DNA of 63,980 bases, filler included, from Ministeria vibrans ATCC 50519 (GCA_943704425.1; 9 parts of 9 records of this genome joined end to end with filler, not necessarily neighbours in it), one strand, 5' to 3'; numbered from the whole stretch's first letter, positions 51,369-63,343 are shown. Notes: generated by a model not told the origin, from the letters alone. Made by a program: numbers and translations.

Positions 51369-51569
51369 ATGGACACGTTTACGCTCTTCTCCTCGCCGTA
51401 CAACGAACACAGCAGCGACAGCGAAAGCGACGACGACAGCTTCATTGACCTGCGCGACGACAACCGCATCTACCGTATTGGCACCCACCTCTATTGGATC
51501 ACGCTGAAGTTCGTCGGGTAAGCGTCTGGAAGTGCGTCAAAACACACTCAACTTTGTTTTGACACTTTT

Positions 51570-51614
<45 letters not shown>

Positions 51615-53738
51615 TATTGACATCTCGTTCCACCACAAATTCTCTTTATCTCTGTTCGCACACAGCCTCCCGCTGCAGTTGTAGCCGTTGCACTTGACGA
51701 CGACGACGACGAGGCGGAGGAGGCTGTGGGGGCGGCGGCTGAGGCGGCAGAGGTGCCGGACGTGGCGGGCGGGAAGGACCCGCTGCTGGACGACGACGAC
51801 GACGACGATGTGGCCGTCCCCGCGCCGGAGCCCGCGAAGAAGAAGAAGCCGGCGGCGCCTGCCAAGAAGGCCAAGCCACAGCCGAAGGCAGCTGCACCAA
51901 AGCCCGCTCAAGCGGAGGCAGCGGCCGTCGAGGTGTCGCTGGTCGATTCCGATGAGGAGACTGCCGCGCCTGCTGCTGAGGCCGCTGCTGCTCCTGCTGC
52001 TGCTGCTGCCGCGGTCGAGTTGGACGCCGATGTGCCTACCAAGCCTGCGGAGAAGAAAAAGGGGTACGCTGGGAGGAAGGAGAGAACGAGAGATCGTGAG
52101 AGAAATGCGTCTTGACGAAATTTTTTGTGGTGTAGAAAAAAAGTTGCACTTCCGGCGCCCGACACGTTTGTAACAGTGAGCGAGCCAGAGAAGCACGGTG
52201 AAGGATTGACGCCCTATGTGACATTTAAAGTGTCGACTTCGTAAGGGAGAGGATTTCATTCAGCTCGAGTGAGTTGACTCCTACTCAAAATGTTTGTGTG
52301 TGTGTGTGTGTGCGTGTGTGTAGGACCACTCGTGATGCGTTCCCCGAGAAGGAATTTTTTGTGCGTCGTCGCTACAACGACTTTCTGTGGCTGCAAACGG
52401 CGCTGTCGGAGGAATCGCCGTTTAACACGGTCCCACCACTGCCCGAGAAGAACGCAATGAAGCGCCTTGACCGGTTCAAGCCAGAGTTCCTTGAACGTCG
52501 TCGCGTTGGCCTTGAGAAGTTTATCAACCGCGTTGCCCGCCATCCCGTCCACACACGCGCCCCCGAGTTTGTTGCGTTCCTTCAAGCCGCTCAGAGTGAG
52601 GTAAAGACAAGGGAAGGGGAAGAAGAGAGAGAGACAGATACTTTGACTATTAGTGAGTGAGAGTGAGCGTGTGAGTTGTTCGTGCAACTGAGAGTGACCC
52701 AATTCATGAGTGCATATACTGACTCTGTGGTACTCTTCCGCTTCAGCTGACCTCCATGAAGAAGGCCAAGAGCCGCAACCCCTTTCAGCGCCTGTCCAAT
52801 GCGGTCAAGGGCGCAGTGGACAATCTTCTGATGGACAATCGCGATGCGCGTTTCAGTATTGTCACAACGTACATCGAGGATTTGTACAAGCATCTGAAGC
52901 ACCTCGACGGAAGCAACCAGAGCGAACTCAAAGCGTATCGATGTACGAGGAAGAAAGCACCACTCAATGAGTTGTATATGACGACTGATGGATTGTGCGT
53001 GTGTAGCAATGTCTGATGATTATTCGGACACTGGTCCGGTGTTTAAGTTGCTGGAGGAGACCGTGGAAGGGGATCTGGCAGCGTGCTGTGGGGTCCTCAG
53101 CGATATTCACAATAAGCTCAGTGAACTCACACTCGAAAAGGTCAGTGCAACAAGACACAGCTCACATGCAATATAAATATACCACTCACTCTCTCTTTCT
53201 GTCTCACTCGCGTCTCTCTATGTTTTTCCGTCTGTCTCTTTCCTTTTCCTGTGTATCTGTATCAATAGGCGGACAAGCTTGAGTCATCTTGGGAACTGGG
53301 CTTCCATGAGTATGTCGTGTACTGTGAGTCCATTAAGAAGCTGCTCAAGCGACGCGACGCAGCCCAGTTGCACACGGAGCTCAACATTGTCGATTTGGAG
53401 ACCAAGAAAGAACAAAAGGTACTCATGCAACACTCATTCTATATGGCTGACGCATTTGTGTGTAGCAAAAGGAAGAACAGAAGACCCCGATCAACACGCT
53501 GAAGATTGCCAAGCTGGAGAAGCAGATTGAAGAGCTGACGGAAGTGGTGAAGCAGAGCAACGAGGAGTACGTGCGCGCTAACAACACAGTGCTGTACGAT
53601 CTGCGTCTGTGGCACCGCCAAAAGGTCGTTGATATCAAGAGTATGCTCGCCAGTTGGGTCCGCGCCCAGATTGAGCATCACCAGGAGAGCATCAAGTCAT
53701 TGCGTGCCGTCAAGGGAACGCTCGATGACACTCAGTGA
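51369..53738 (+). CDS. PX-BAR sorting nexin (SNX4/7/30 group); first-exon junction uncertain
   Basis: VTVSEPEKHGEG..YVTFKV, VRRRYNDFLWL, PPLPEK, FLERRRVGLEKFINRVARHP, LHEYVVYCESIKKLLKRRD. Confidence 0.9.
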
Positions 53739-53903
53739 GTGATACTAGAGACGGATAGGGGTTAGAGTGAGAGATAGGGCCAGAGAGAGAGTGTGTGTGT
53801 GGTGTGTGGAATGAGAGAAATGAAACAAAAAAATCAATACCTGAATCAGATTTTCATTCTAAGAATGAAGTAACTGTGGTCGCGGGTTGATCTGTGGTGC
53901 GTT

Positions 53904-54003
53904 NNNNNNNNNNNNNNNNNNNNNNNNNNNNNNNNNNNNNNNNNNNNTTAATTAATTAANNNNNNNNNNNNNNNNNNNNNNNNNNNNNNNNNNNNNNNNN
54001 NNN
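53904..54003. other. Artificial contig spacer
   Basis: N44-TTAATTAATTAA-N44. Confidence 0.98.
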
Positions 54004-54402
54004 TGCTGGTCGGGTGCGCTGCTCAAGGCGGAGCACGACCTGGCATTTGCGAGCCCAGTCGCTCAGTATGGGTACTCGCGCCAGCTGCTCGCCAGCTCAT
54101 TGGCGGACACGAGCAGCTACATGTCACACAAGCAAGTGCCATTGACCCAACCTGATGGAACTGTGGAGATGGTCTCCAAGTACACTCGTCTGACTGAGCT
54201 GCTACTGCGCGCGCTAGGACCAACAACACTGGAGGCGTTTTGCGATGGAGGAGAGCACATCACTGCAGTGGGACTGCGGCAGAGACTGCGGGAGATGGAC
54301 ACAGCGAACACGTACCAGGCGATGGTGGTGGGGCGCATTTGGGACGAGTGGCTGGGCACACGCAACGACGGAGACATTTTGCTGTTCAGGGATGGGAAGT
54401 GA
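54004..54402 (+). CDS. 3' fragment of an unknown protein
   Basis: GC-rich open frame from the contig start to TGA at 54402, followed by AT-rich UTR. Confidence 0.55.
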   Translation, partial: CWSGALLKAEHDLAFASPVAQYGYSRQLLASSLADTSSYMSHKQVPLTQPDGTVEMVSKYTRLTELLLRALGPTTLEAFCDGGEHITAVGLRQRLREMDTANTYQAMVVGRIWDEWLGTRNDGDILLFRDGK

Positions 54403-54844
54403 ACCAACAACGATGAAGAGAGAAAGAAGAACAAAGAGACAAGATTTTTGACATGAATTATATTATCGATAAAAATGCAACACATTGATTCAGTATTGAA
54501 TCATTGTTAGACTTATTTTATTTGTATTTGTCGTAGTAATATCGAGCAAGATTCGTTGTTCTCATTACCATTTTAATGTGCGTTCAATCTCGTTTTTATT
54601 TGTGTCCTGATTGATCGTCGAAAGTGTCTTTTCTAACGCTATTCTTCTTTAGTATCTGTTGCAACTTTTTTGAGTCTCAATTTGAACTGCGAGGTGATTA
54701 ACAAGTTGTCTGTTGTCGCGATCATAATACGAATCATTATGATTCAACTTCACATATCCAACATTGATCGCAAATTCGTAATCATGTAACATATGGTCTT
54801 CTTCTTCTTCTTCTTCTTCTAATTCATCTTTTTTGGTTTTTGTG

Positions 54845-55274
54845 ATGTCTGCAACTGAGGAGAGCAACAACTTCATGTTGGTGGACGTGGTGAATTCGAT
54901 GTTCAGCACGGGAGTGCCAGCGGGCGTCATCAAGTTTACAATGATCATATTCGTCGGTACGTCACTACACCCGTTTGGTTGCCGTAACACACATCCGGCC
55001 TTGCTGACACCACGCCCTGCGCGCACCCTCTCTTTCTCCCGTCGCCGCGCTGCCTTTGTTTTGCCGCACAGGTCTGTTTTTGTCTCTGTCGTTCCTTCTG
55101 TTCGTCTCCAATTTCAACATTCATGTCATTGCTCTGTCGGCCATCAGCCTTGTTCTGTTCGCGCTTGTTGTCTGGTATGCCATTGTGCTTGATGAGGCGA
55201 AGCGGGAGATGCGCGAGAAGGCGAAGGCGGCGAAGAAGGAGGAGAGAGAGAGCGACAGCAAAAAAGAGCGATGA
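54845..55274 (+). CDS. PKR1: ER V-ATPase assembly factor Pkr1-like (exons 54845-54956, 55072-55274)
   Basis: FMLVDVVNSMFSTGV..., two TM helices around NIHVIALS, then a charged tail; resembles yeast WESVFEPG...GNIHFYAL. Confidence 0.7.
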
Positions 55275-55287
55275 GCGGCGAGTCAAT

Positions 55288-55385
55288 CACCTGTTGTATA
55301 AGAGAAAGAGACAATATGTGTGTACAGTCACCGAAGAGCCACTTGTTGTATAAGAGAAAGAGACAATCTGTGTGTGTACAGTCAC
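55288..55385. repeat. ~52-bp imperfect tandem duplication between the convergent PKR1 and FDH ends
   Basis: tgttgtataagagaaagagacaat.tgtgtgtacagtcac occurs twice. Confidence 0.85.
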
Positions 55386-55452
55386 AGACGAAAGACACAG
55401 GAGACAGCGTGTAACCGAGAGAGAGGGACGTGTGACTTCATTAAGAACAGGT

Positions 55453-57222
55453 CTAGGACGACGAGAGCACAGTGGCGCGCGACTGGACCTTGTCTGAGCC
55501 GCTGGTGGTGCCGCCCTCGCTGTACGACCGCGTAACCATCTTGCCTTGATCAAGGATCTGCAGCGCACGAGAGAGAAAGAGAAACAAGGAAGGTGAGTGA
55601 TGGGGTTGTTTGTTTTGTGCATACGAGATAGTCTGGACGTTGAGGCTTTGAGTCGAAGAAGTTTGCGAGAATTTCCTTCGTTCCGGCGGCGTAGCGAGCC
55701 TGAGCGTCCAGAGTCGTGCCAGAGTAGTGTGGGGTCATGGCATGACGCGGCATCAGGCGCCACGGGTGATTACGGGGAGCGGGTTGGGGAAACCAAACAT
55801 CGCCTACGCAATTAGGGTTAGGATTTTATTATTCTTCTAATTTATTTATTGGGTTTGAACTGTTAATTTGGTATTGGAATGATGTATTTTGATATTGGGG
55901 TGGTCATTGCATACCTGCATAGCCGGCAATGTGGCCGCTCTCAACGGCCCGCACCAGCGCCTCTGCATCGACAATTTTGCCGCGGGCTGTGTTGACAAGG
56001 AACGATCCTGGTTTCATCTTGCTGATCATGGCCTCGTTGAAGAGGTGCTCTGTGCCCGGGTGCAACGGGCAGTTGATGGTGACGACGTCGCAGTGGGGCA
56101 GCATGGCCTCCACGCTCTCGTGGTATGTGACGCCGAGTGAGCGCTCTTCGTCGCCACTCAGTCGCTGGTAGTCCGTGTAGTGCAGGTCCACATCGAACGG
56201 CTTGAGCCGCCGCAGCACGCGTTGTCCAATGCGTCCCGCCGCCACTGTGCCGACGCTCTTTCCTTCGAGATCCCACGCGCGCGACGCAACTCCCGCAATG
56301 TCCCACTCCCCATTGACAATTTGCTTGTACCCCGGAACGAAATTGCGCACCAGCGCCAGAATCTGCATGACAACGTGCTCCGCGACACTGACCACGTTCG
56401 AGCCGGTCACCTCGCACACAGTCACTCCTGCCGTGGCTGCCGCCCCCAAATCAACGTGATCCGATCCAATGCCCGCCTAACGAAAAAAACAACAAAAATT
56501 GATCATCGTCATGAGTAGAATCGAATGAATACAATAAAAAACTCTCAAACGCAATTTCTTACGGTGATGGCAATTTTGAGTTTTTTGGCCTTGGCAATGC
56601 GGTCAGGCGTGAGGTAGGCGGGCCAGAAGGGCTGGCTGATGACAACATCCGCATCGACAAGTTCCCGCTCAAACACCGAATCAGCGCCATCCTTGTCCGA
56701 CGTGACCACAAAGGTGTGACCTACACACACAGAGTCACGACATGCCGCCCTCCAGAAGCGCTCTAATCAGCTGGAAACGCCCCTACCGCGCTCTTCGAGA
56801 AACTCGCGCAAGCCAAGTTCATTTTCAACACATCCCAACACATTGGGATTCTTCCGACCAGCCTCGCCGCCCTCGTAAAGAACACACAGAACCTAACGAC
56901 AGTCTGTTAGCAAGTAGGCGGATGCGTCAATGACCCTAGCAGTGGTTTTAACGGGTGAACTTGTCCCAATGTTTTTTGTTTGTTTCATTGCTGCAATGCA
57001 CACACAGACTCGAACAGAGCGCGCACTTTTGCAAGTAGCTACTAAGAGCTGGTGTTGAAGTGTATTCCGGGCAGGAAAGGGTGGAAGTGCGAAGTGGGAT
57101 GATTTGGAAAGAGAGAAGTGCGAGTCACAATGCTCAACCTTGTCTGCAGCCACGGGGGTTGCATGGAACGCGCGCGTGGGTAGACGGCCGAGTAGTGTTG
57201 GGAGACGTTTGAAAGCTTGCAT
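55453..57222 (-). CDS. FDH: NAD-dependent formate dehydrogenase with mitochondrial presequence (6 exons)
   Basis: Presequence [22 protein letters not shown]; [65 protein letters not shown]. Confidence 0.96.
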
Positions 57223-57307
57223 TGTTAAGAGAAGAAAAATAATAATCTGATCAATCAAATAAATAAGTAGTCTTAAAGTCAATACTCAGTTACTCTTCTT
57301 TCTTTCA

Positions 57308-57366
57308 ATGGTGTACTGCCACCACTGCGGCACCCAGTGTGACGATGTCGACAACTTCTGCCACAA
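57308..57366 (+). CDS. First exon of a zinc-ribbon protein; truncated by contig end
   Basis: MVYCHHCGTQCDDVDNFCH followed by a GTATGG donor (CxxCG...FCxxC zinc ribbon). Confidence 0.6.
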
Positions 57367-57438
57367 GTATGGAGGGGGGGTTATCTCTTGTCTTGTTTGT
57401 TTGTTTGTTTCTTGACAGTTTTGTATTTTTTTTTTTTT

Positions 57439-57538
57439 NNNNNNNNNNNNNNNNNNNNNNNNNNNNNNNNNNNNNNNNNNNNTTAATTAATTAANNNNNN
57501 NNNNNNNNNNNNNNNNNNNNNNNNNNNNNNNNNNNNNN
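57439..57538. other. Artificial contig spacer
   Basis: N44-TTAATTAATTAA-N44. Confidence 0.98.
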
Positions 57539-57678
57539 TCTTCACTTTGTTCCTTTCTTCACTTTGTTCCTTTCTTCACTTTGTTCCTCTCTTCACTGTT
57601 CTCTTTGTTCTCCTCTATCACTTTGTTTTCCCCCCTGTCCCTCTCTCTTGCTGAACTGCATTTGTACTATTTTCATAG

Positions 57679-59158
57679 ACGTTGATCTTGCGACGGGACG
57701 CATCGTGGCGGCATTTGCAATGCAGGGTCCGTTGGTGGGTGCAACAACAACGAATCATTCTGCTGCTGCCGATCCGGATGTGACCATTTTGTTGCTCGAT
57801 GCCACCAACGGTGATGTCTTCAAAGCGCAAACACTTCTTTCGGCGACCGATGGTTTTACGGAGAGACCCACAGGTGTTGCGGCGCACGCACCTTCTCGAC
57901 GCGCCTATATTTCCGGTACCTCATCGGGCGGCCAGCTGTTTTCGTCAACTCCCACCCTTTCGGGGGATATATTTGTGGCGGTGATCAGTCTTGACACGGC
58001 TGAAGTACTATACGGCATTCAGCAGGGTGGGACCAGCCTTGACGAGGGCGACTGCGTTGCGTGGCACGAACCCGCCGATGGGGGACCCCTCGAGGTGTTT
58101 GTCGGCGGCACCACACGCAGCACTGTCTTTCCTTCGTCGTCAACGTCGCAACAGGGAAGTGCGGGCTACCCTATTCTTCTCAAATACATCGACACGGGCA
58201 CTTCCCTCACGCTCAGCTGGACCTCCATCACCGTCTCGCCAGCATCGCGCTCACAGAGGTACAGTGGTATTGCCATTGACCATGCGCGTCACTTTGTCTA
58301 TCTCACGGGCAGTGGTGGCGCCAACTTTAACGGTGCCAGTGGCTCCAGTTCCGACATAGACGTCATCGTCGCCAAGGTACCTGGGCATTCCCTTTGCTCC
58401 CCCTCTTTCTTTTTTTCTTGCCCTTCTTTTTCCCCCTTGTATTGAGCTTCTTTTTCAAACATTTTATCAGTTCTCAACGGAGAGCAACACGCCTGAATGG
58501 GCTCGTCCCTACGGTTCAACCGACACCAACGGCCTCAGGTTTGACGAAGGCTTTGGGATTTCTTATGTGGCCGAAACAGACACCACCTACATAGCAGGGT
58601 ATACAAGAATGGTGAATGAGGATTGAGATTGATATGGATTGTTTTGTTTCACTGCATGTGTGCAGGTTCAGCAATGGCGAGTTTAATGGACAACAGTCGT
58701 TGGGGCTCAAAGACGTTCTTGTGATGATGGTTGCGAGCAACGGCACGATGACAGCGTCACTGTTGTTTGGGTCGGTAGAAGATGAGATTGGCAACGCGGT
58801 GCAGACCGAGGTGTCTGCGTCGGGCGCTGTGTCGGTACATATAGCGGGAGAGGCGTCGCGTGCCATGGTCCTTCCGGCTGGTGCCACGTCCAATGTCTAT
58901 CAGGGTGGCTTGTCCAATGGGTTTCTTGCTGCTGTTGCTGCGGATGCTGCTACCGCGACGCTCACTCTCTCACAGGTGTTGTACTGGGGCACGGGCAATT
59001 CCGCTGATATCTTTGACGGCCTCGCGCTCGATCCGGCCGCCGGTCGTCTGTATCCCATTGGTAATGTGGCGTCGACAACCACAGGAATCTATGCGGGACC
59101 TTCGCAGACCAATGGTCTTGTGGCGAACAGTGCGGCCCCACAATCAACAGTGTCCTAA
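57679..59158 (+). CDS. SBBP-type beta-propeller repeat protein, 3' part (3 exons)
   Basis: Repeated units of the form D(I/V)FVA..., W/Y..Q.GG...DEG..VA, Y(I/L).G.T/S.G. Confidence 0.65.
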
Positions 59159-59287
59159 AAAAATTAGTAATAATTGATATAATTATATTATTTCAATCTC
59201 TTTCTTCTTCAGTTAAACTTAAAAAATAACTCAGTAATCAGTTTTTTTTGAAGAAAAGTTAGAGAGATAACACGTTATTTAATCAAT

Positions 59288-59718
59288 ATGTCAGAGAAGG
59301 TCTTGTCAGCTGACGAAGAAGCGCGTCTCAAAGAGTTGAAGGTGAGAAAGAGAAACGTTTCCATAGCAACTCTTGTTCAACTTGCGAATAGGGCCTCATT
59401 TGACGCACTTTTCTGAATCACATGTCTTTAGATTGATACACGTTTGTCCAATGAGCGATATCTGCGAGACCATCCCGAGATTCAGCACATGATGAGAGCT
59501 TTCGTCGGAAATGTTCTTGCGAAAAATCCAGACAATTTTGCCTCCTCCGCAGCCGGTATGCCATTCACTCTATCATGGAATACAGGTGCATTGAAAATAC
59601 TAGAACTCAATGTTGTTTGTGTGTAGAATACTTTGCTGACATTGATCGAGTGAAGAGAGACGCAGAGACGACTGCTCAAGGTGAACGCCGTGTGCTTCAG
59701 CCGTCTGACCTCCCTTGA
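59288..59718 (+). CDS. RIIAD1: RIIa domain-containing protein 1 (3 exons)
   Basis: LSADEEARLKELK|IDTRLSNERYLRDHPEIQHMMRAFVGNVLAKNPDNFASSAA|EYFAD parallels human KIQTRIANEKYLRTHKEV...RPDNILEFAADYFTD. Confidence 0.85.
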
Positions 59719-59888
59719 ATTAGGGACTACAGTGTGATATTTTTGCTCACACGTCTCTCATACTGAGATTCGACGAACCGTTGCGATCATTGTGGTTTGT
59801 TTCTTATAACTTATCGCTAACTTATTCTGGATGAATAAACTAAAATTTATTATTATTATTATTTTCAAACTTTTATTCACTCCCTTTC

Positions 59889-60321
59889 ATGTCGACCGCC
59901 GAACAACTCCCTGACTCGGTGCGCCATCTCCGCACCAAGTCAGGAGGCGAAGCATACGTGTGCGGCTGCTGCCACTTCTCGGATGTCTCGTGCGACGAGG
60001 TCGTTGCGATGATTCAACGCGTCAAGCCAACCACTGTGGTGAGCATAAAACGGAAAGAACACCATAACAGAAAAGCATCGCTCTGTCTTGCCTTCGTTTG
60101 CCGCACCACCACCAGCACCACTCTTTCCACTCACGCTTTGTCGTCTCGATGCAGGTTCTCGAGCTCTGTGTCGAGCGCAAAAACCTCTTGCTCGTCGACG
60201 ACAACCTGCCACGTCCCCCGCCCGCGCCCATGACCGTCTCGCACATGATGACGGCCGCCCAACGCGTACAGAGCACACAGAGAATGACACAGACTAAAAA
60301 TACCTTTGCAGTCGCGCATTT
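59889..60321 (+). CDS. TRABD: TraB domain-containing protein, 5' part
   Basis: LPDSVRHL...AYVCGCCHFSDVSCDEV...IQRVKPTTV|VLELCVER matches the TraB GTAHFS...VVVELC motif. Confidence 0.8.
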
Positions 60322-60421
60322 NNNNNNNNNNNNNNNNNNNNNNNNNNNNNNNNNNNNNNNNNNNNTTAATTAATTAANNNNNNNNNNNNNNNNNNNNNNN
60401 NNNNNNNNNNNNNNNNNNNNN
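60322..60421. other. Artificial contig spacer
   Basis: N44-TTAATTAATTAA-N44. Confidence 0.98.
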
Positions 60422-60608
60422 GGTGGGCAACCATGGCGTAGACAGGGGGGCGGGGCGGAGGAGCGAGAGAGGGAGGAGGGAGAGAGAGAGAACGGGCGAG
60501 ACGGGTGAGGCGGGACGAGAAGACACTTACCACTTTGGCATTGTCTTTTCTTCTGGTGCTGCTCCACATGGTCTTTTTGCCTCCTTTCTTTATATCATCC
60601 GAAGACAT
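60422..60608 (-). CDS. 5' fragment of an unknown gene
   Basis: MSSDDIKKGGKKTMWSSTRRKDNAKV then a GTAAGT donor; head-to-head with RBM34. Confidence 0.45.
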
Positions 60609-60787
60609 GCCAACCACACACACACACACAGTGACACACACGGAAGTGCGCGTAACAGAGTAGCTGAAACTTGAGAAAAAAAAAAAGTGAAACGAAATTA
60701 TTAACGAATATCGCATTATCGATATTGATTTGATTCATCATCATTTTTGTTGATTGTGCGCGTGTGGGTCGAGAGCGATAGACGAAG

Positions 60788-62053
60788 ATGGGAAAGAACG
60801 CAAAGAAGGAGAAGGGGACAAAGCGAACGCGCGAAGAGGCGGACATGGGCGAGGGTGGAAAGAAGGCGAGCAAGTCGCCTCGTGCAAGCACAATTGCGGC
60901 TGCGCTAGGCGTCACCACAGGCAGGTCGGGCTTTGATGCAGACCTTGACAGTATGTTTGGATCTGCTCCACCTCGACCGGCGCCTCGAATTGTCTCAGAG
61001 GAGCCGGAGAGCGACGAGAACGACGACGATTTTGAGGCAGGCAGCGACGAAGACAAGCATGAGAGGGCCAGTGACGAAGACGACCACCACGACTCTGATG
61101 CGCACGCCGACGACGACGACGACGACGTCGACGATGATGATGATGATGATGATGATGATGCTAACAGTCAACGGCCGCAGCATGTAGCCGTGGCCGGCGA
61201 CGATGAGACAGAGAAGAAGGCGACGGCGGAGGAGGAGGCTCGTGCCAAGGCGAAGGAGGCCAGGAGAGAGAAACGACGGGCGCAGAAGGAGAAGGAGAAA
61301 CAGGCGCAGAAGACCGACCCGACTCGGCCCGAACGAACAGTCTACGTGGGCAACGTGCCGGTGAAAACGCGACAGCGACGTCTCGAAAAAGTCTTTCGCG
61401 ACTGCGGCGCCATTGAGTCGTCGCGTTTCCGCGGCATTGCGGATCTGGTCAAGGGCGGTACACAAGGGGCGGGACTGAGCGACGAACGGTCCAAGATTGC
61501 CTATGTGGTGTTTAAGGAGAAGGAAAGCGTTGACAAGGCAGTGCTGCTCAATGGGCATGAGCTGGAGGGCCATCGGCTGCGCGTGGACCGCTCTGAAGCG
61601 CAGTCGTTTGACCCAAAGCGTAGTGTGTTTGTGGGGAATCTGGCGCGAACGATTGAGGACCAGGAGGTGTACGATGCGTTTGGGCGGTGTGGACCAGTGG
61701 AGGGGGTGCGCATTCCGCGCAGTGCCGAAGACCACAAAAGCAAAGGCATTGCCTTTGTGCTCTTCCGCGAGAGCTCAGCGGCTCAGCTGGCGGTACAGCT
61801 CAACGGAACACTGCTCAAGGGACGAGCCATGCGCGTCACACGAGCCAAGGGTGTTCCCAAGAAGCAAGTGAACCCCGTGACGCGTCAACTGCAAAACAAG
61901 GTCAAGACCAAGCTTAAGGAGAAGCATTCCAAGCGCAAGACGCTCGCCACCGCTGCGCCCTCTGCCGCAGCAGGAAAAGGCGGCCCGTCAAAGAAGGGCA
62001 AGAAGCACAAGAACAAGTCCAAGTCCGAGATGCGTGTAAACAAGCGAAAATAA
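60788..62053 (+). CDS. RBM34: Nucleolar two-RRM protein RBM34/Nop12, intronless
   Basis: Acidic/basic N-terminus, ERTVYVGNVP, CGAIESSRFR, AYVVF, HRLRVD, KRSVFVGNL, KGIAFVLF, Lys-rich tail. Confidence 0.88.
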   Translation: MGKNAKKEKGTKRTREEADMGEGGKKASKSPRASTIAAALGVTTGRSGFDADLDSMFGSAPPRPAPRIVSEEPESDENDDDFEAGSDEDKHERASDEDDHHDSDAHADDDDDDVDDDDDDDDDDANSQRPQHVAVAGDDETEKKATAEEEARAKAKEARREKRRAQKEKEKQAQKTDPTRPERTVYVGNVPVKTRQRRLEKVFRDCGAIESSRFRGIADLVKGGTQGAGLSDERSKIAYVVFKEKESVDKAVLLNGHELEGHRLRVDRSEAQSFDPKRSVFVGNLARTIEDQEVYDAFGRCGPVEGVRIPRSAEDHKSKGIAFVLFRESSAAQLAVQLNGTLLKGRAMRVTRAKGVPKKQVNPVTRQLQNKVKTKLKEKHSKRKTLATAAPSAAAGKGGPSKKGKKHKNKSKSEMRVNKRK

Positions 62054-62120
62054 TTAAAAAAAATTGAGTGTTTCCTGAAACATTTTTGACAGAGAGAAAG
62101 AGAAAGTTTATTACAAAGCG

Positions 62121-62337
62121 TCAGCTTTCCTCCTCCTCCTCCTCCTCTTCTTCTTCTTCTTCTTCTTCTTGATCGCTTTCGTTCCCAATCATATTCGCAA
62201 TGGCCAATCGCACTGCGTCGTTTTCGGGCTCGAGGTCCATTGCGCGGCGCAGTGTCTCCATTCCCTTCTCAATTAGCGCACTTGCGTCTGTGTCATTGGC
62301 TGCAGCGCTCCCAAAAGCAATAAACGTCTCGCCCAAC
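62121..62337 (-). CDS. Last exon of a TPR-like protein with a polyE tail
   Basis: LGETFIAFG...GMETLRRAMDLEPENDAVR. Confidence 0.55.
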
Positions 62338-62485
62338 TGCGTGTGTGAGTGCGACTGTGAGCGGGTTTGCTTCTCCATCTCTCTATCACTTTGTCTCTAT
62401 CACTTTCTCTCCATCACTTTCTCTCTATCACTTTCTCTCTCTCTCTCTATCTATCTCTCTCTCTTGAACTCTCTCTCTCTCTCTT

Positions 62486-62550
<65 letters not shown>

Positions 62551-62592
62551 AACTCTCTCTTGAACTCTCTCTCTCTTGAACTCTCTCTTGAA

Positions 62593-62692
62593 NNNNNNNN
62601 NNNNNNNNNNNNNNNNNNNNNNNNNNNNNNNNNNNNTTAATTAATTAANNNNNNNNNNNNNNNNNNNNNNNNNNNNNNNNNNNNNNNNNNNN
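62593..62692. other. Artificial contig spacer
   Basis: N44-TTAATTAATTAA-N44. Confidence 0.98.
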
Positions 62693-63018
62693 TTTTTTTT
62701 CTTTTTTGACGACATTTCCTAACACACATCACGACTGCCTCTCCACAAACACGTGTACTGCAACCTCATTGTCATCGTCCAAACAATCCCAACGAGGGAG
62801 AGCGAGCGAGTTCCATAGTAAACGAAAGCAGTTTTTTCTTTTCTTTTTTTTTTTTTTTGAAACATCTTTTGAGTTCGTTCAAACACCAATGTGTCTCAAG
62901 GACATGCCATTCGTTGGCACCAGCAATTGGGCATGCGGGGAAGTGCTCGGCGAGGCGGCAGGCGACGATTCATGCGCCACAGAGAGTGAGCTTGCCATTT
63001 CTTCACGATCGTTCTTAC

Positions 63019-63115
63019 ATGAGCGCACTTTCGTTTCTAACTCTCTATGCTCCAAAAGGCGTTGTCGGTAACCCGCCAGCGCATCCTGTCGGTGTTTGTT
63101 CTCTGCCTCACTCAT
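63019..63115 (-). CDS. PSMC6: 26S proteasome ATPase RPT4, first exon only
   Basis: RQDALAGYRQRLLEHRELETKVR matches RPT4 [28 protein letters not shown] donor. Confidence 0.8.
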
Positions 63116-63343
63116 CTACAATCAGAATTTTACTAATAAGTGATAAGTCGTAAGTCGTAAGTCGTAATAACAGATAACTAACGTACTAATTCACATGTCT
63201 ACCGAATCACAGACAGACTCATCACTCATCACTCAAATCTCAATCACTTTTTATTTATCCACAAGGGGAGAACTCAACTCTCAACTCTCAAGAGTCGCGT
63301 AACTGCATTGCTTTTTTTTTGCGATTTGTCTGCATTTTGCCCG

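Noticed and set aside
55812-55823. Telomere-like TTAGGG/CCCTAA doublets (also ~24897, ~63557)
   Set aside because: Only 1-2 units inside introns; explained by branch-point-like CTAAC or chance.
56985-57040. Hairpin followed by ACA in FDH intron 1 as an H/ACA snoRNA
   Set aside because: Single GU-rich hairpin with no clear H box or second hairpin; needs an Infernal search.
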